Below are positions 1 to 13,254 of a DNA stretch of 64,000 nucleotides, one piece after another. Under the pieces are notes generated by a model that made no database searches, was not told the DNA's origin, and saw nothing but the letters and a program-made list of their open reading frames with translations. Source of the stretch: Chiloscyllium plagiosum (Eukaryota); contig NC_057730.1 of NCBI RefSeq assembly GCF_004010195.1, forward strand, positions 32,552,585 to 32,616,584, in the 5' to 3' direction. How positions within the stretch are numbered: the stretch's first letter is position 1; each line of letters starts with the position of its first letter. A program made the position numbers and the translations under genes.

Positions 1-440
1 TGATGATCCCATCTTGGCTTCCTCCTGAGGTTGCCAGCATCACAAATAACAACCTTCAGCCAAATTGATTCACTCCATGTGATATCAACAATTGACAGAT
101 GACACTGGATACTGCAAATGCTATGAGCAGTGATAACATTGCAGAATTAGTACTGAAGATGTGTGCCTCAGCTGTATCCCTAGCCCAGCTTTTCCAGTCC
201 ACCTACAACAGTGGCATCTAGTTAGGAATGTGGGAAATTGCCCAGGTATGTCCTGCCCACAAAGCAGGACAAATACAACCTAACCATTTAATTACATAAT
301 CAGGCTATTAAAATTATGAAGGATTATTGTCAGTGATATGAAGCAGCACAAATCAAAGATTAACAGCTTACTGAATTCTGTTCGGTTAGGGCTACTCAGC
401 TTATGATCTCATTACAGCCTTGGCCTAAATCTGCACAAAA
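1..440 (+). mobile_element. Old degenerate LINE (RT region), 5' part; interrupted by the CR1 insertion at 441
   Basis: Similar to the LINE at 41930-42350 and continues in register at ~3446 after the CR1 insertion; no intact ORF. Confidence 0.6.
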
Positions 441-3400
441 TCCTGCAGGTTCCAGGATTTAGATGTTTCAGTAAGAACAGAGAAGATGGTAAACGAGGGG
501 GAGGTGTGGCATTGTTGGTCAAGGAAAGTATTGCAGTTGCAGAAAGGATGTTAGGGGACTCGTCAACTGAGGTAGTATGGGCTGAGGTTAGAAACAGGAA
601 AGGAGAGGTCACCCTGTTGGTTTTCCAGAGGCCTCCGAATAGTTCCAGAGATGTAGAGGAAAGGATAGCAAAGAGGATTCTCGATAGGAGTGAGAGAGAC
701 AGGGTAGTTGTCATTGGGGACTTCAACTTTCCAAATATTGATAGGGAACACTATAGTGCGAGTACTATAGATGGGTCAGTTTTTGTCCAGTGTGTGCAGG
801 AGGGCTTCCTGGCACAGTATGTAGACAGGCCAACAAGGGGAGAAGCCACATTAAATTTGGTACTGTGTAACGAGCCCAGCCAGGTGTTAGACTTGGTGAT
901 AGCGATCACAATTCTGTTATGTTTACTTTAGTGATAGAAAGGGATAGGTTTATACCACTGGGCAAGTGTTACAACTGGGGGAAAGGCAATTACGATGCAA
1001 TTAGCAAGATTTAGGAAGCATAGGATGGGGAAGGAAACTGCAGGGGATGGGCACATTAGAAATGTGGAGCTTATTCAAGGAAAAGCTCCTGATTGTCCTA
1101 GATAAGTATGTACCTGGTCAGGCAGGGAGGAAGCTGTAGAGCGCGGGAGCTGTGGTTTACGAAGGAAGTGGAATGTTTGGTCAAGAGGAAGAAGAAGGCT
1201 TATGTTAGGATGAGATGTGAAGGCTCAGTCAGGGCACTTGAAGATTACAAGGTAGCCAGGAAAGACCTAAAGAGAGAGCTCAGAAGAGCCAGGAGGAGAT
1301 ATGAGAAGTTGTTGGTGGATAGGATCAGGGTAAACCCTAAGGCTTTCTATAGGTATTTAAAGGATAAAAGAATGATGAGAGTAAGATTAGGGCCAATCAA
1401 GGATAGTAGTGGGAAGTTGTGTGTGGAGTCAGAGGAGATAGGGGAAGCACTAAATGAATATTTTTCAACAGTATTCACTCTAGAAAACAACAATGTTGGT
1501 GAGGAGAATACGGAGATACAGGCTACTAGACTAGGTGGGATTGAGGTTCACAAAAAAGAGGTATGAGAAATCCTGCAGAGTGTGAAAATAGGTAAGTCCC
1601 CTAGGCCGGATGGGATTTATCCTAGGATCCTCTGGGAAGCCAGGGAGAAGATTGCTAAGCCTTTGACATTGATCTTTAAATCGTCATTGTCTACAGGAAT
1701 AGTACCAGAAGACTGGAGGATAGCAAATGTGGTTCCCCTGTTCAAGAAGGGGAGTAGAGACAACTCTAGTAATTATAGACCAGTGAGCCTTACTTCAGTT
1801 GTTGGTAAAGTGTTGGAAAAGGTTATAAGAGATAGGATTTATAATCATCTAGAAGAGAATAATTTGATTAGGGATAGTCAGCACGGTTTTGTAAAGGGTA
1901 GGTCATGCCTCACAAACCTTATTGAGTTCTTTGAGAAGGTGACCAAACAGATACATGAGAGTAAACTGGTTGATGTGATGTATATGGATTTCAGCAAAGC
2001 GTTCGATAAGGTTCCCCACAGTAGGCTATTGTACAAAATGTGGAGGAATGGGATTGTGGGAGATATAGCAGTTTGGATCAGTAATTGGCTTGCTGAAAGA
2101 AGACAGAGGGTGGTGGTTGATGGGAAATGTTCATCCTGGAGTCCAGTTACTAGTGGGGTACCACAAGGATCGGTGTTGGGTCCACTGCTGTTCGTCATTT
2201 TTATAAACGACCGGGATGAGGGCNNNNNNNNNNNNNNNNNNNNNNNNNNNNNNNNNNNNNNNNNNNNNNNNNNNNNNNNNNNNNNNNNNNNNNNNNNNNN
2301 NNNNNNNNNNNNNNNNNNNNNNNNNNNNNNNNNNNNNNNNNNNNNNNNNNNNNNNNNNNNNNNNNNNNNNNNNNNNNNNNNNNNNNNNNNAAGTTTGTCC
2401 AGCAGGGTAAGATAAAAGGTAGGGAGGAGGGACTTGGGGGAGGGGCGTCGGAAATGTGATAGGTGGAAAGAGGTCAAGGTGAGGGTGATAGGTGAGACTG
2501 GGGTGGGGGCGGAGAGGTCGGGAAGAAGATTGCAGGTTAGGAAGGCGGTGCTGAATTTGATGGATTTGACTGAGACAAGGTGGGGGGAGGGGGAATGAGG
2601 AAACTGGTGAAATCCGAGTTCATCCCTTGTGGTTGGCGGGTTCCTAGGCGGAAGATGAGGCGCTCTTCCTCCAACCGTTGTTTTGTTGTGGTCTGGCGAT
2701 GGAGGAGTCCAAAGACCTGCATATCCTTGGTGGAGTGGGAGGGGGAATTGAAATGTTGAGCCACAGGGTGGTTGGGTTGGTTGGTCCGGGTGTCCCAGAG
2801 GTGTTCTCTGAACCGCTCCGCAAGTAGCGTTATTAAGAAGGCATACAGCGTTGTAGCTTTTATTAATAGAGGGATCGAGTTCCGGAACCATGAGGTTATG
2901 CTACAGCTGTACAAAACTCTGGTGCGGCTGCACTTGGAGTACTGTGTACAGTTCTGGTCACCACATTATAAGAAGGATGTGGAAGCTTTGGAAAGGGTGC
3001 AGAGGAGATTTACTAGGATGTTGCCTGGTATGGAGGGGAGGTCTTAAGAGGAAAGGCTGAGGGACTTGAGGCTGTTTTCGTTGGAGAGAAGAAGGTTAAG
3101 ATGCGACTTAATAGAGACATATAAGATAATCAGAGGGTTAGATAGGTGGACAGGAAGAGCCTTTTTCCAAGTATGATGACGACGAGCACGAGGGGGCAGA
3201 GCTTTAAATTGAGGGGTGATAGATATAGGACAGATGTCTGAGGTAGTTTCTTTACTCAGAGAGTAGTAAGGGTATGGAATGCTTTGCCTGCAACGGTAGT
3301 AGCTTCGCCATTTAAGTCATCATTGGACAAACATATGGACGTACATGGAATAGTGTAGGTTAGATGGGCTTCAGATTGGTATGACTGGTTGGCGCAACGT

Positions 3401-3445
3401 TGAGGGCCGAAGGGCCTGTACTGCGCTATAATGTTCTATGTTCTA
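441..3445 (+). mobile_element. CR1/HER1-type LINE, 5'-truncated (endonuclease + RT + 3' tail), few disablements
   Basis: ORFs 506-931 (VIGDFNFP endonuclease motif), 1108-1566, 1582-2223 ([32 protein letters not shown]) and 2825-3047 (LEYCVQFWSP); ends in (TTCTATG)-type repeat at ~3430-3445. N gap 2224-2390. Confidence 0.9.
2391..2824 (-). mobile_element. Penelope-like element 3' fragment (GIY-YIG endonuclease C-terminus + tail) nested in CR1
   Basis: Minus-strand ERFREHL...PVAQHFNSPSH...RLEEERLIFRLGTRQPQGMN, closely similar to the PLE at 11723-11940. Confidence 0.8.
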
Positions 3446-4250
3446 AAAGAGGTGAACATGAGGGGTGAATCAGAGTAATTGCCCTTGATATCAAAGCCAT
3501 ATTTGTACAGTTATAGCATCAAGCAGCCATTGCAAAATTGGAATTAAGGATAAAACTCAGCTGTTTTGTGTCATACCTAGCACAGAGGAAGGTAGTTGTG
3601 CTTGTCGGAGGTCAACCATCTTAGTCCCAGAAAATCATTGCAGGTGCTCCTCAGGATAGTGTCCTAGATCCAACCATTTCTATCTGCTTCAATGATCTTC
3701 CTTCCATACTATAGTTAGAAGTGAAGATCTTCACTATTAGTGTTCAGCACCATTTGCAACCTCTCATGTACTGAAGCAACTCATGCCCTTATTCAGCAAG
3801 GCCTGAAGAACAACCAAGCTTTGGCTGATAAATCATCCAAGACAAAGCAGTCCACATAATTGACATTGAATGGGGAGCCAATAACCTCTACTCCATTCAC
3901 CACTGACATATAGCAGCAACAGTGTATATATCATCTATAAGATGCACTTCAGTAAATTGCCAAGCTCCTTGACAGCAACTTCCAAACCCACCACCTCTAC
4001 TAAGGATAAGGCAGCAGATACTTGTGAAAGCCACCAGCTGCAAATTCTTCTCCAAGCCATGCATCATCCTGACCTAGAACCAACTCACCGTTCCTTCACT
4101 GTCATTGGATCAAGACAGCACTAACAGCACTGAGCATCTCCACTCCCCAAGGACTGCTGTAGTTCAAAAAGGCTTCTCACTATATTCACAAGGGAAATTT
4201 GGGATGGCCAACAAGCCAGCAACATCCACAATCCATGAACAAATAAAAAC
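3446..4250 (+). mobile_element. Old LINE, 3' part with tail
   Basis: Degenerate [17 protein letters not shown]-like RT segment at ~3640-3700; 3' tail shared with the copy at 43300-43510. Confidence 0.6.
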
Positions 4251-5075
4251 ATCTCATTAGCTATTTTTGATTAAAAGCTACTGACCTTATGTTATCAACA
4301 CTTCACTGACATCATATCCAGCACTACATATCAGGCGTTTGAATCCCAATTTCTTAATTATGAGTAAAGCAGCGGTATAGATTAAAAGAAAGAAAACAAA
4401 TCCTTCATCCTGGATTCCACTAAATCTTGGAATGTCTTGCCCATATGCCCAAATCTGAGAATAGACTTGCTCAGTGATATGAAAATTCCCAGAAGAAACT
4501 CAATCCCAATTAACACCATCCTTGAATTAATGGTCAGTCAACAAAAACAACTTAGTCTGTGTGCTGGTGTGTGTACACTTGAGTGAGGGAGTGACAGAGT
4601 CCATGTTGAGAATACATCAGTTTAAGTCATTAAAAAAACAATAGCAGCAAAAACAAATAATTACCAAGCAAAACTCCATCTGTCGGAGACTGAACAATCT
4701 CTTATCACCATGGACCACTGACAAATGATCAACAATAGACACCTGTTCAGTGGGTTAAAGACAAGTTGGTCTTTGTATTCAATTACTGAAATAAAAAATT
4801 GATTTCTTGAAACAGTAATAAAATCAGTTCAGGTCCAGACAACACATCTACCTTCTATATCTCCCAGGACTCTAACTCCTCCTTCATTCCAGTGTCTGTT
4901 CATAACCAATTAGTTCTGGGCCAAGGGGTGAATGTTCATGTCCCACCTGTCCTGGAGATGGGTCATAACATGTTCAGCGAGGCTGCATGTTTAAATAGCT
5001 ACTCCAACATCCCCTCCCCTAAAATAACCTTTATAGCCGAATTCCTCTAACATGCCTGGGTAGGCCCAAATCTCA

Positions 5076-5357
<282 letters not shown>

Positions 5358-6383
5358 TCAATAGGAAGCTAATATACAAATGATTTAGTCCCACATGCCA
5401 TGGGAATAGAGTGTAATCCAACTGCTTCTAAAAATCAACCAAAACAATATAACAGGACCCCTGTATCTCTGCATGCAGAAAATCAAAGCTTATCAGGCTC
5501 TTCCTCGATGACCAGTCACTCTTGTTCAGGAGATCTGAAGTTTAGAAGTTCTCAACATTGCCAGGAAGATGAACTTGATTCTGGGTCTGGAAGAAGTGGG
5601 TGTACTGGTCTAATATGAAACAACTACCTATTTATAAGTTTATAAGAAAGCAGCTTGCCAAAAGGCAGCTGTGTTTCTTCATTCTATTCGAGGGTGTTTC
5701 ACTATGCAGAGGTGCTAAGTGGAGAGAACACTTATTCAGCTGGACAATCCAACAAACTGAGCTTTAACAAATTTTCAGCTAAAAGATTCCAGGTTGACTG
5801 GTGCGTGTGCAGCTAGTTCACTACTGCCAGTGTTGGCTGGGGCAACAAATACGTAACCACATCTTCCTTGTACTCATCAGGGAGAAAAGAACTATCTGCA
5901 AACATTCCTCGTTCTGACCACTCGGTAAAGTTTCTTGCCGGAAAGTAAGAATGAAGGTGGACTTGACCAGTTCCTGTATTCCACATATTCCTCCTTCAGT
6001 CTGTCACCATGGCAGGGCACTTGGGAGGTGGGATTGTCCCACAGGGCTGGAGCTAAAGACCAGAGAAAGGACGTTGGTGAACAATGGAAATAGGGAATAA
6101 CGTTGTGCTGTCTCACCCATTTTGTAATCACCTTCTTAAATCCTTTGCATCTCAGTGCAGTAAAATCTCTGGTCCAGACAGTATTTTTAAAGCTTCAATG
6201 AACCCATTCAAAACAGAACAACATCTCTGAAGCAGATGGGACTTGAATCTGGATCTCCTGGCCCAGAGCTAGGGACACTGAAACCACACCACAAAATGCT
6301 AATTTCTAGATATGATTGATATATGAAACCTTTCCAGTCCTACGTTACAGTAATTTCCATGTCTGTACAATGCATTTGCCTCA

Positions 6384-6524
<141 letters not shown>

Positions 6525-7679
6525 TTATAATAAATTCTCTGGATGAAGTATTTCAATTTACAGGTTTTAAGTGATCAATAGATTTGAACTCAACATCCTT
6601 GTAAACTACTCCAGGGAGTTGCTGGTTTCTCTGTGGGCAAGTATACCACACACTGTTCAGGCATGGTACTGAGGCAGGCATACCAGACGATCCCAGATTT
6701 GTGCAATTACCTGATCGCTCCATTGCTACAATCAGTTTACTTAAATTCATTTCAATAAACCTGGGTCTACAGCAATACAAAACAAAACCTGTCAGAGGCA
6801 CTGACAGGTCTCCATGCACAAATATTGGGAGATACAATGGGGTACAAAATAGATTTATTAGATTAGTAATTATTATTAGATTAGTAACCCAGGGGCCTGT
6901 ACTAATGACCCAAAAAAAGGAATTCAAATTCAGTTAGTTAATTATATAAATCAACTATTAAAATAAAAGAATTATTAACAGTGATCATGATACTGGATTG
7001 ATGTGAAAATTCACTTGGTTCATTAATGTAATTCCAGACCTGCATTATTTCACCTATTCCAGATCCAGGAGTGTTGAAATTAATTACATTCCTTACAAAT
7101 CGACAGTAACTGGTCATTCTTGACTTTTCCCTGAAATAGCCTAGCCATCCCCTTACATCCTCTCAGGAAGCGAGTTCACCACCAATGAAGGATTGGAAAT
7201 AATGCTGGCCTTAAAAGTAACATGCATGTCTTGCATATGACTCGTTAAAAAAAAATGCATCTCTAACTAACACTGAGGGACATAAGGAAATATTAGGACA
7301 GGTAACAAAAAGCTTGGTCAGAGATAAAAAAATTAAGGAGTGCCTCAAAGTAGGTGAAAGAAGGGTAGAGTGTCGAAAGTTTCAGCTACCTAATTCAAGA
7401 ATCTGGGGCTGAGACACTGAATACACAGTATTCACTAATGGGCGAAAACTAGAGGCCAGAATTGAAAAAGAAGAGATGCTGGAGGAAATTGAAATCTTCA
7501 AAAAAAAAAAGCCAGTTACTGTAGATGGGAAGCAGGGAAGGTGGTGTCAGACCAGGAGCCAAATAGGTCAGCAAGATTACGGTAATAAGTGAGCAGACCC
7601 TGGTGCGTGTCATGATGGAGAAAGTTGTCCAAACATTTAAAAAGAGGCATTTGAATGTTCCTACATCCAGTCCACTTAC

Positions 7680-7748
7680 CTTGCCATTTAAGACAATGTT
7701 CTGGCTTCCACAAAGCACAGACTGCCTGCTCACCTTGTTGCCAGAGGC
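7680..7748 (-). CDS. DCTN5: DCTN5 exon 2
   Basis: [23 protein letters not shown]; canonical splice sites, 69 nt. Confidence 0.96.
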
Positions 7749-8049
7749 CTGTAGACATAAATCATATTTTTCAGATTAGTTCACATTGTCAGGAAAAATT
7801 ATAAATCAGTCAGTATTGTCATGACCATAGTTGCTAACAACAAATTACAGAGCGCTGATACAGCCATACAGACCAATGGCTGTCTGGACAGATATCCAGA
7901 GAATGTCACACCTAAAGATGAAAAGGGAATCTGAAAAATCATTCTGCAAAAAAGGGGAAAGAGCCAAAGCAAATCAGGCTGTACAGTAATCTCATGACAA
8001 AAAATAATGCAGGGCTGATAACAACCCTGCACAAGAAAAACCACCCTCT

Positions 8050-8420
8050 ATGTCATAGCGTCATACAGACATACAACACAGAAACAGACCCTTCAGTACA
8101 ACTCATCTGTGCCAACCAGATATCCTAACCTAATCTAGTCCCATTTGCCAGCACTTGATCCATATCTGTCTAAACCCTTTCTATTCACATACCCATCCAG
8201 ATACCTTTTAAATGCCGCAATTGTACCAGCCCCACGCACCACCCTCTGTGTGAAAAAGCTGCCCCTTAGGTCCCTTTTATATCTTTCCCCCCTCACCCTA
8301 AACCAATGCCCTCTGTTTCTCAACTCCTCCATCCCAGGGAAAAGACCTTGTCTATTTATCCTATCCATGTCCCTCATGATTTTATAAATTTCTTTAAGGT
8401 CACCCCTCAGCCTCCAACCC
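8050..8420 (-). mobile_element. CR1 LINE 3' end fragment
   Basis: Minus ORF 8135-8575 contains RLRGDLKEIYKIM...FFTQRVV (CR1 ORF2 C-terminus) followed by a CR1 tail. Confidence 0.8.
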
Positions 8421-10036
8421 TGTGGGTTATGTGACATTTGTGTATTACACAAGGACAGGAGGTGGTGTAGTGATAGTGTCAATAATTCTCGACCAAAAGC
8501 CCTGGGATCAAGTCTCACATGCTCCAGAAGTATATAATAACATCCCTGAACATATGGATCAGAATATATCCACACATGGACAGGGTTTAAAAGGCCAGTT
8601 TCAACTCTAATGTTTTGGAGTGTGCTGGCAGGATTGGAAGTTCCTGTGTATCCCAGCAGGCAAAGGTAATCCAGTGTACTAGCTAGAGTTCAAGCATTAA
8701 CATGCTATGAAGGTCACAAAGAACTATCTCCTAGTCATCCATGTTACAGATAAAAGAACTTTCTCACTCAGACAGCTACTAAGCTAGTAAGTCAGACAAA
8801 AGCCATCAGGTCAACAAAGTAATCTGTCTCATCAGTGGGTACAGGAGCTGAAATTGGCTGATTGGCCACTCAAGTCTGCTCTGGCATCCAACTCCACTTT
8901 CCCACCTTTACCCCATAACTTCTATTAGATTATAACCATCTGTCTATCTCAGCTTTGAACACACTTAATAACCCAGCCTAAAGTTCTCTCTGCAGTAAAG
9001 AAATTTATGATCACTGGAATAAAAAAAATCATTCTCTATACAGCCTCAATAGCAAGACATCATTCCTTAGATAAGGGGACTAAAACTTCACAGCATTCTA
9101 GGTGTTGTTTAACTATTACTCGATACAGTTTTAGTGAGACTTCCCTAAAGGCCAACCATCTATTTGCTTCTGTTGAACCTGCATTTTTAAAAAAAATTTA
9201 TGTATTTGGACACATAAATCCCTGTGCTACAGATTTCTGCAGTCCCTTTTTAAAAATATTCAGCTCTTCTATTGTTCCTGGCAAAGTGCATAACCTCATA
9301 TCATATTCCATCTGCTAAGATTCTGCCACACACTTCATCAGCATCCCTGTGAATACTTTGCATCATCCTCACTACTTGCCTTCCCACCTATTTCTGTGTC
9401 ATCTGCAAACTTGGCTATCATACAGTCACTTCCCTAATCCAAATCATTAATATGGATTGTAAGTAATTACAGACAGCACTGAACACTGTGGCACTTCACT
9501 GGTTACAGGGATCCAAAAATCCCCTTCTTGCTCCAAGTCTGGCTTCTATTAGTTAGCCAATCCTCTATCCATGCGAATATACTATCCCAACACCAACGGC
9601 TTATCATATTGAGTAGCTTAACGAAAGTTGCCTTAGTGAATACACATTAGCGCAACATCTACTTAAGCCTTTCCTAACTGTACACCCAGTAAACAAAGAA
9701 TGTGCATTAATAGAAAATGCCTCTTAACCTCGGGTCTTTGCAAAGCACTGTACAGCTATTGAAATCATTTTGAAGTCGCCACTATAAAGGTAGTAAATTC
9801 TGTAACCAATTACTACGAAGGAAAACTCCCCTTCGCCGAAGTAGCACCATGGGCTATGTTACATCAACCGAAACAAATAGATGGGGGTATCAGCTGAAGA
9901 TCTGATCCAAAAGGCAGCTCCTCCGGCAGTGGGGGAATCCTCCTCACCCATCTCTCATTCACCATCCCGAACTGATGTCGAATCCCCTTTTACTGAAAAC
10001 AGAACAAAAACACCCGCAACACCATGAGATCCTCAC

Positions 10037-10084
10037 CGTCTCGATGTACTCCGCCTTGTTATACAGAATCTCACACAGCTCCAT
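10037..10084 (-). CDS. DCTN5: DCTN5 exon 1 (start codon)
   Basis: ATG at 10084; MELCEILYNKAEYIET followed by a GTGAGG donor, 48 nt. Confidence 0.96.
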
Positions 10085-10616
10085 CCTCAGTTGTCGGGGC
10101 GACCGCTCCCCGCTTCACCCGGAAACACAATTCACACTTCCGGGGACAATCGACCCGAGGGAAAGATCAGAATGAAAATTAAAAAGTCCCCGCGTTTCTT
10201 TTAATTTCCCTTCGTTAAACTTGTATCTCCGAATAATGAGCAATATTTTTTCTAATGCCGCAGTTCAGAGATGTCGCATTTAGGTCGTAGAAGCGCCGGT
10301 ACCTTTAATGATTGATGTTGTCAATGACCAATAAGGTCTAAAAGTGTCGTCGCCGTTTCTCCAATCGGCGAGAGGGAAAGGCGGGACAAGTGAGGAGCCT
10401 GTGCTCTGACTGGTTGGAATTGGCGGGGTACTCGATAGTCCGTTAGTTACCTCCCTGCTCAACTCAGGGAGGTCTCCAGCATCTGCAGTCTTTACTTTCT
10501 CCATATCTCATCTCGTAACGAGTAAAGCGTCGGCCGGCGGCTTTTCTCCCTCCCTCAGCTTTACTAATACTCCGAGGAAGAGTTAATAACCGTTCACCCG
10601 GGAACGTCAATACACA
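10085..10616. promoter_or_regulatory. CpG-rich bidirectional promoter shared by DCTN5 and PALB2
   Basis: 532 bp between divergent ATGs; CpG-rich; CCAAT at 10328 and 10361, ATTGG at 10419, E2F-like GGCGGGA at 10380. Confidence 0.85.
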
Positions 10617-10664
10617 ATGGAACATAGCATGAAAAAAACCCTGAGCTGGGAAACCAGGGAACAG
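10617..10664 (+). CDS. PALB2: Partner and localizer of BRCA2, exon 1
   Basis: MEHSMKKTLSWETREQ|GT; 48 nt, like human coding exon 1. Confidence 0.88.
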
Positions 10665-10744
10665 GTAAAACAAAACCAACACCGTCAACTTCACAACAAC
10701 TTAACCACAGCAAAATAAACTCAATTTAAGCATTTCATTTACAG

Positions 10745-10804
10745 CTCAAAGAAAGGTTGGCCTTGCTGAAGAAAGAATACGCAAAAACTGTCCATAAGTT
10801 ACAG
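10745..10804 (+). CDS. PALB2: PALB2 exon 2 (BRCA1-binding coiled coil)
   Basis: LKERLALLKKEYAKTVHKLQ; AG/GT, 60 nt. Confidence 0.93.
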
Positions 10805-11017
10805 GTAAATGCCCCCTTCTCACAATAATACATTTATCCTTGAGACCAAACATATACGGTGTGGGTGCAGTATGTCTTGGGGGGGAGGGAACAGGTGGTT
10901 GTGGATCCCAAATTTCTACAAACTAATAACAATGCAATGATTCGTTAGTAATTCAAGTACTTTTTATGTCATACAACTTCAACGACTACAAAAGGTGAAT
11001 GTGATGGAGCATAGTTT

Positions 11018-12270
11018 GTTGGCTACGTAGAACAGTTGATCTTCCGTAATTACACCGGCACCACTCCCCACCTCTTCCTCCGCGACATTGATGACTGCGT
11101 TGGCACCACCTCGTACTCCCGCGAGGAGGTTGAGCAATTCATCAACTTCACCAACACATTCCACCCTGACCTTAAATTTACCTGGACCATCTCTGACACC
11201 TCCCTCCCCCTCCTGGACCTCTCCATCTCCATCAGTGACGACCGACTTGACACTGACATCTTCTACAAACCCACCGACTCCCACAGCTACCTGGATTACA
11301 CCTCTTCCCACCCTACCTCTTGCAAAAATGCCATCCCATATTCCCAATTCCTCCGCNNNNNNNNNNNNNNNNNNNNNNNNNNNNNNNNNNNNNNNNNNNN
11401 NNNNNNNNNNNNNNNNNNNNNNNNNNNNNNNNNNNNNNNNNNNNNNNNNNNNNNNNNNNNNNNNNNNNNNNNNNNNNNNNNNNNNNNNNNNNNNNNNNNN
11501 NNNNNNNNNNNNNNNNNNNNNNNNNNNNNNNNNNNNNNNNNNNNNNNNNNNNNNNNNNNNNNNNNNNNNNNNNNNNNNNNNNNNNNNNNNNNNNNNNNNN
11601 NNNNNNNNNNNNNNNNNNNNNNNNNNNNNNNNCATACTTTCCAAATTTTAAAGACTTATTTTGTTACGTCTGCCTTTGTTTTTCAACAGGAAAAAGAAAC
11701 CCATCATTTCCTGAAATGTACAACCACCAATCAACCAAACCGCCCGTGGCCCAACATTTCAACTCCTCCTCCCACTCTGCCGAGGATACGGAGGTCCTGG
11801 GCCTCCTTCACGGCCGCTCCCTCACCACCAGACGCCTAGAGGAAGAATGCCTCATCTTCCGCCTCGGAACACTTCAACCCCAGGGCATCAATGTGGACTT
11901 CAACAGTTTCCTCATTTCCCCTTCCCCCACCTCATCCTAATTTCAAACTTCTAGCTCCGCACTGTCCCCTTGACTTGTCCGACCTGCCTAGCTCCTTTTC
12001 CACCTATCCACTCCACCCTCTCCTCCCTGACCTATCACCTTCATCTCCTCCCCCACTCACCTATTGTACTCTATGCTACTTTCTCCCCACCCCCACCCTC
12101 CTTTAGCTTATCTCTCCACGCTTCAGACTCTCTGCCTTTATTCCTGATGAAGGGCTTTTGCCCGAAACGTCGATTTTGCTGCTCGTCGGATGCTGCCTGA
12201 ATTGCTGTGCTCTTCCAGCACCACTGATCCAGAATCTGGTTTCCAGCATCTGCAGTCATTGTTTTTACCT
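11018..12270 (+). mobile_element. Penelope-like element, 5'-truncated (RT C-terminal part, GIY-YIG end, hammerhead-bearing tail)
   Basis: FLRDIDDC RT motif, FYKPTDSHSYLDY, PVAQHFNS...IFRLGTLQPQGIN; flanked by direct repeat CATAGTTT (11010-11017 / 12271-12278). N gap 11357-11631. Confidence 0.88.
12140..12176 (+). ncRNA. Minimal type I hammerhead ribozyme motif (PLE tail)
   Basis: CTGATGA(12144)-A-GGGC TTTT GCCC-GAAA-C-GTC; intact core, stem II hairpin, palindromic ACGT stem III, predicted cut after C12171; stem I is weak. Confidence 0.7.
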
Positions 12271-12306
12271 CATAGTTTTCTTATAATCCAGTTTGGTGAA
12301 ATACAA

Positions 12307-12474
12307 GGCAGAAGTGGGTACTGCAGATACTGGAGATTAGAGTCGAGATTAGAGTGGTGCTGGAAAAGCACAGCAGGTCAGGAACCATCCGAGAAGCAGG
12401 AAAATCGAGGAATGGATTAATTGTTGATGAAGGACTTTTGCCCGAAACGTCGATTTTCCAGCACCACTCTAATC
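12307..12474. mobile_element. 168-bp non-coding PLE-tail insertion with inverted halves
   Basis: Antisense tail then sense tail with TTGATGA...CCCGAAACGTC; flanked by 14-bp direct repeat TTGGTGAAATACAA (12293-12306 / 12475-12488). Confidence 0.75.
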
Positions 12475-12640
12475 TTGGTGAAATACAAACCTATTGGTAT
12501 GACATGTACTTCTGTGTTAGAGACTGTAGGTTTAATCCTAACTATAGGATTGGAACCGATAATCAAGGCTTCCCTCTTGCTGAATTTATGTTAGCCAGTC
12601 TGATATTAAACTTATTTTTTCCTTGATTTTCTATCACTAG

Positions 12641-12740
12641 CGTGCGCAGAAAGCTGAACGGGTGCGAAATCATGTTAAAAGCACCATTACGCACCAGAAT
12701 CAATTGTTGGAAGAGCAGTCCATAACTCAGTTCGAGACTG
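12641..12740 (+). CDS. PALB2: PALB2 exon 3
   Basis: RAQKAERVRNHVKSTITHQNQLLEEQSITQFET; TAG acceptor, GTAGGT donor, phase 0 to 1. Confidence 0.9.
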
Positions 12741-13254
12741 GTAGGTTTTCAGCAAATGATTTAAACTTTAGAATGGATCACTTGACTTCTTCTCAGTCAT
12801 TATGGCCTCAGTTGTAGGGTTTCCAGTGGGAAATGGAATCTGTAAAGTGACAGGTTGGGCTATACTTGCATTCTATACAAGTTAACTTGCTCTCTGCTGT
12901 CACCAAGTGATTTGTAAATAACACTGGTAGGAGTCTTGTCTTGTGAAACAAAGCACCTTAGCATATCACTCAACCACTCCACTTGCATGCTGACTAGCAA
13001 TAGGAGAAGATGTGAACTCGATGGGCTAAACGTCCTCTTGCTGCACTGTAGGGATTCTGTGATTTCTCAAGCCTTTTTGCTTTTTGGTAAATTTAGAAAT
13101 GTTATGTCAGTCTTGTCAAAATATGTTTTGGCAATGCTTGTCTTTGTATTCAGATTGTGTATCTAGCTGCATCCTTCTCTTTTTTCCCCCTCCCACAACA
13201 AAAATAAATTCAGGACCTAATGTATTTCTTTAATCTCTTTTTGTTTTTATGAAG

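Noticed and set aside
1878-2891. 337-aa minus-strand ORF
   Set aside because: Chimera of CR1 antisense, an N gap and PLE sequence; not a gene.
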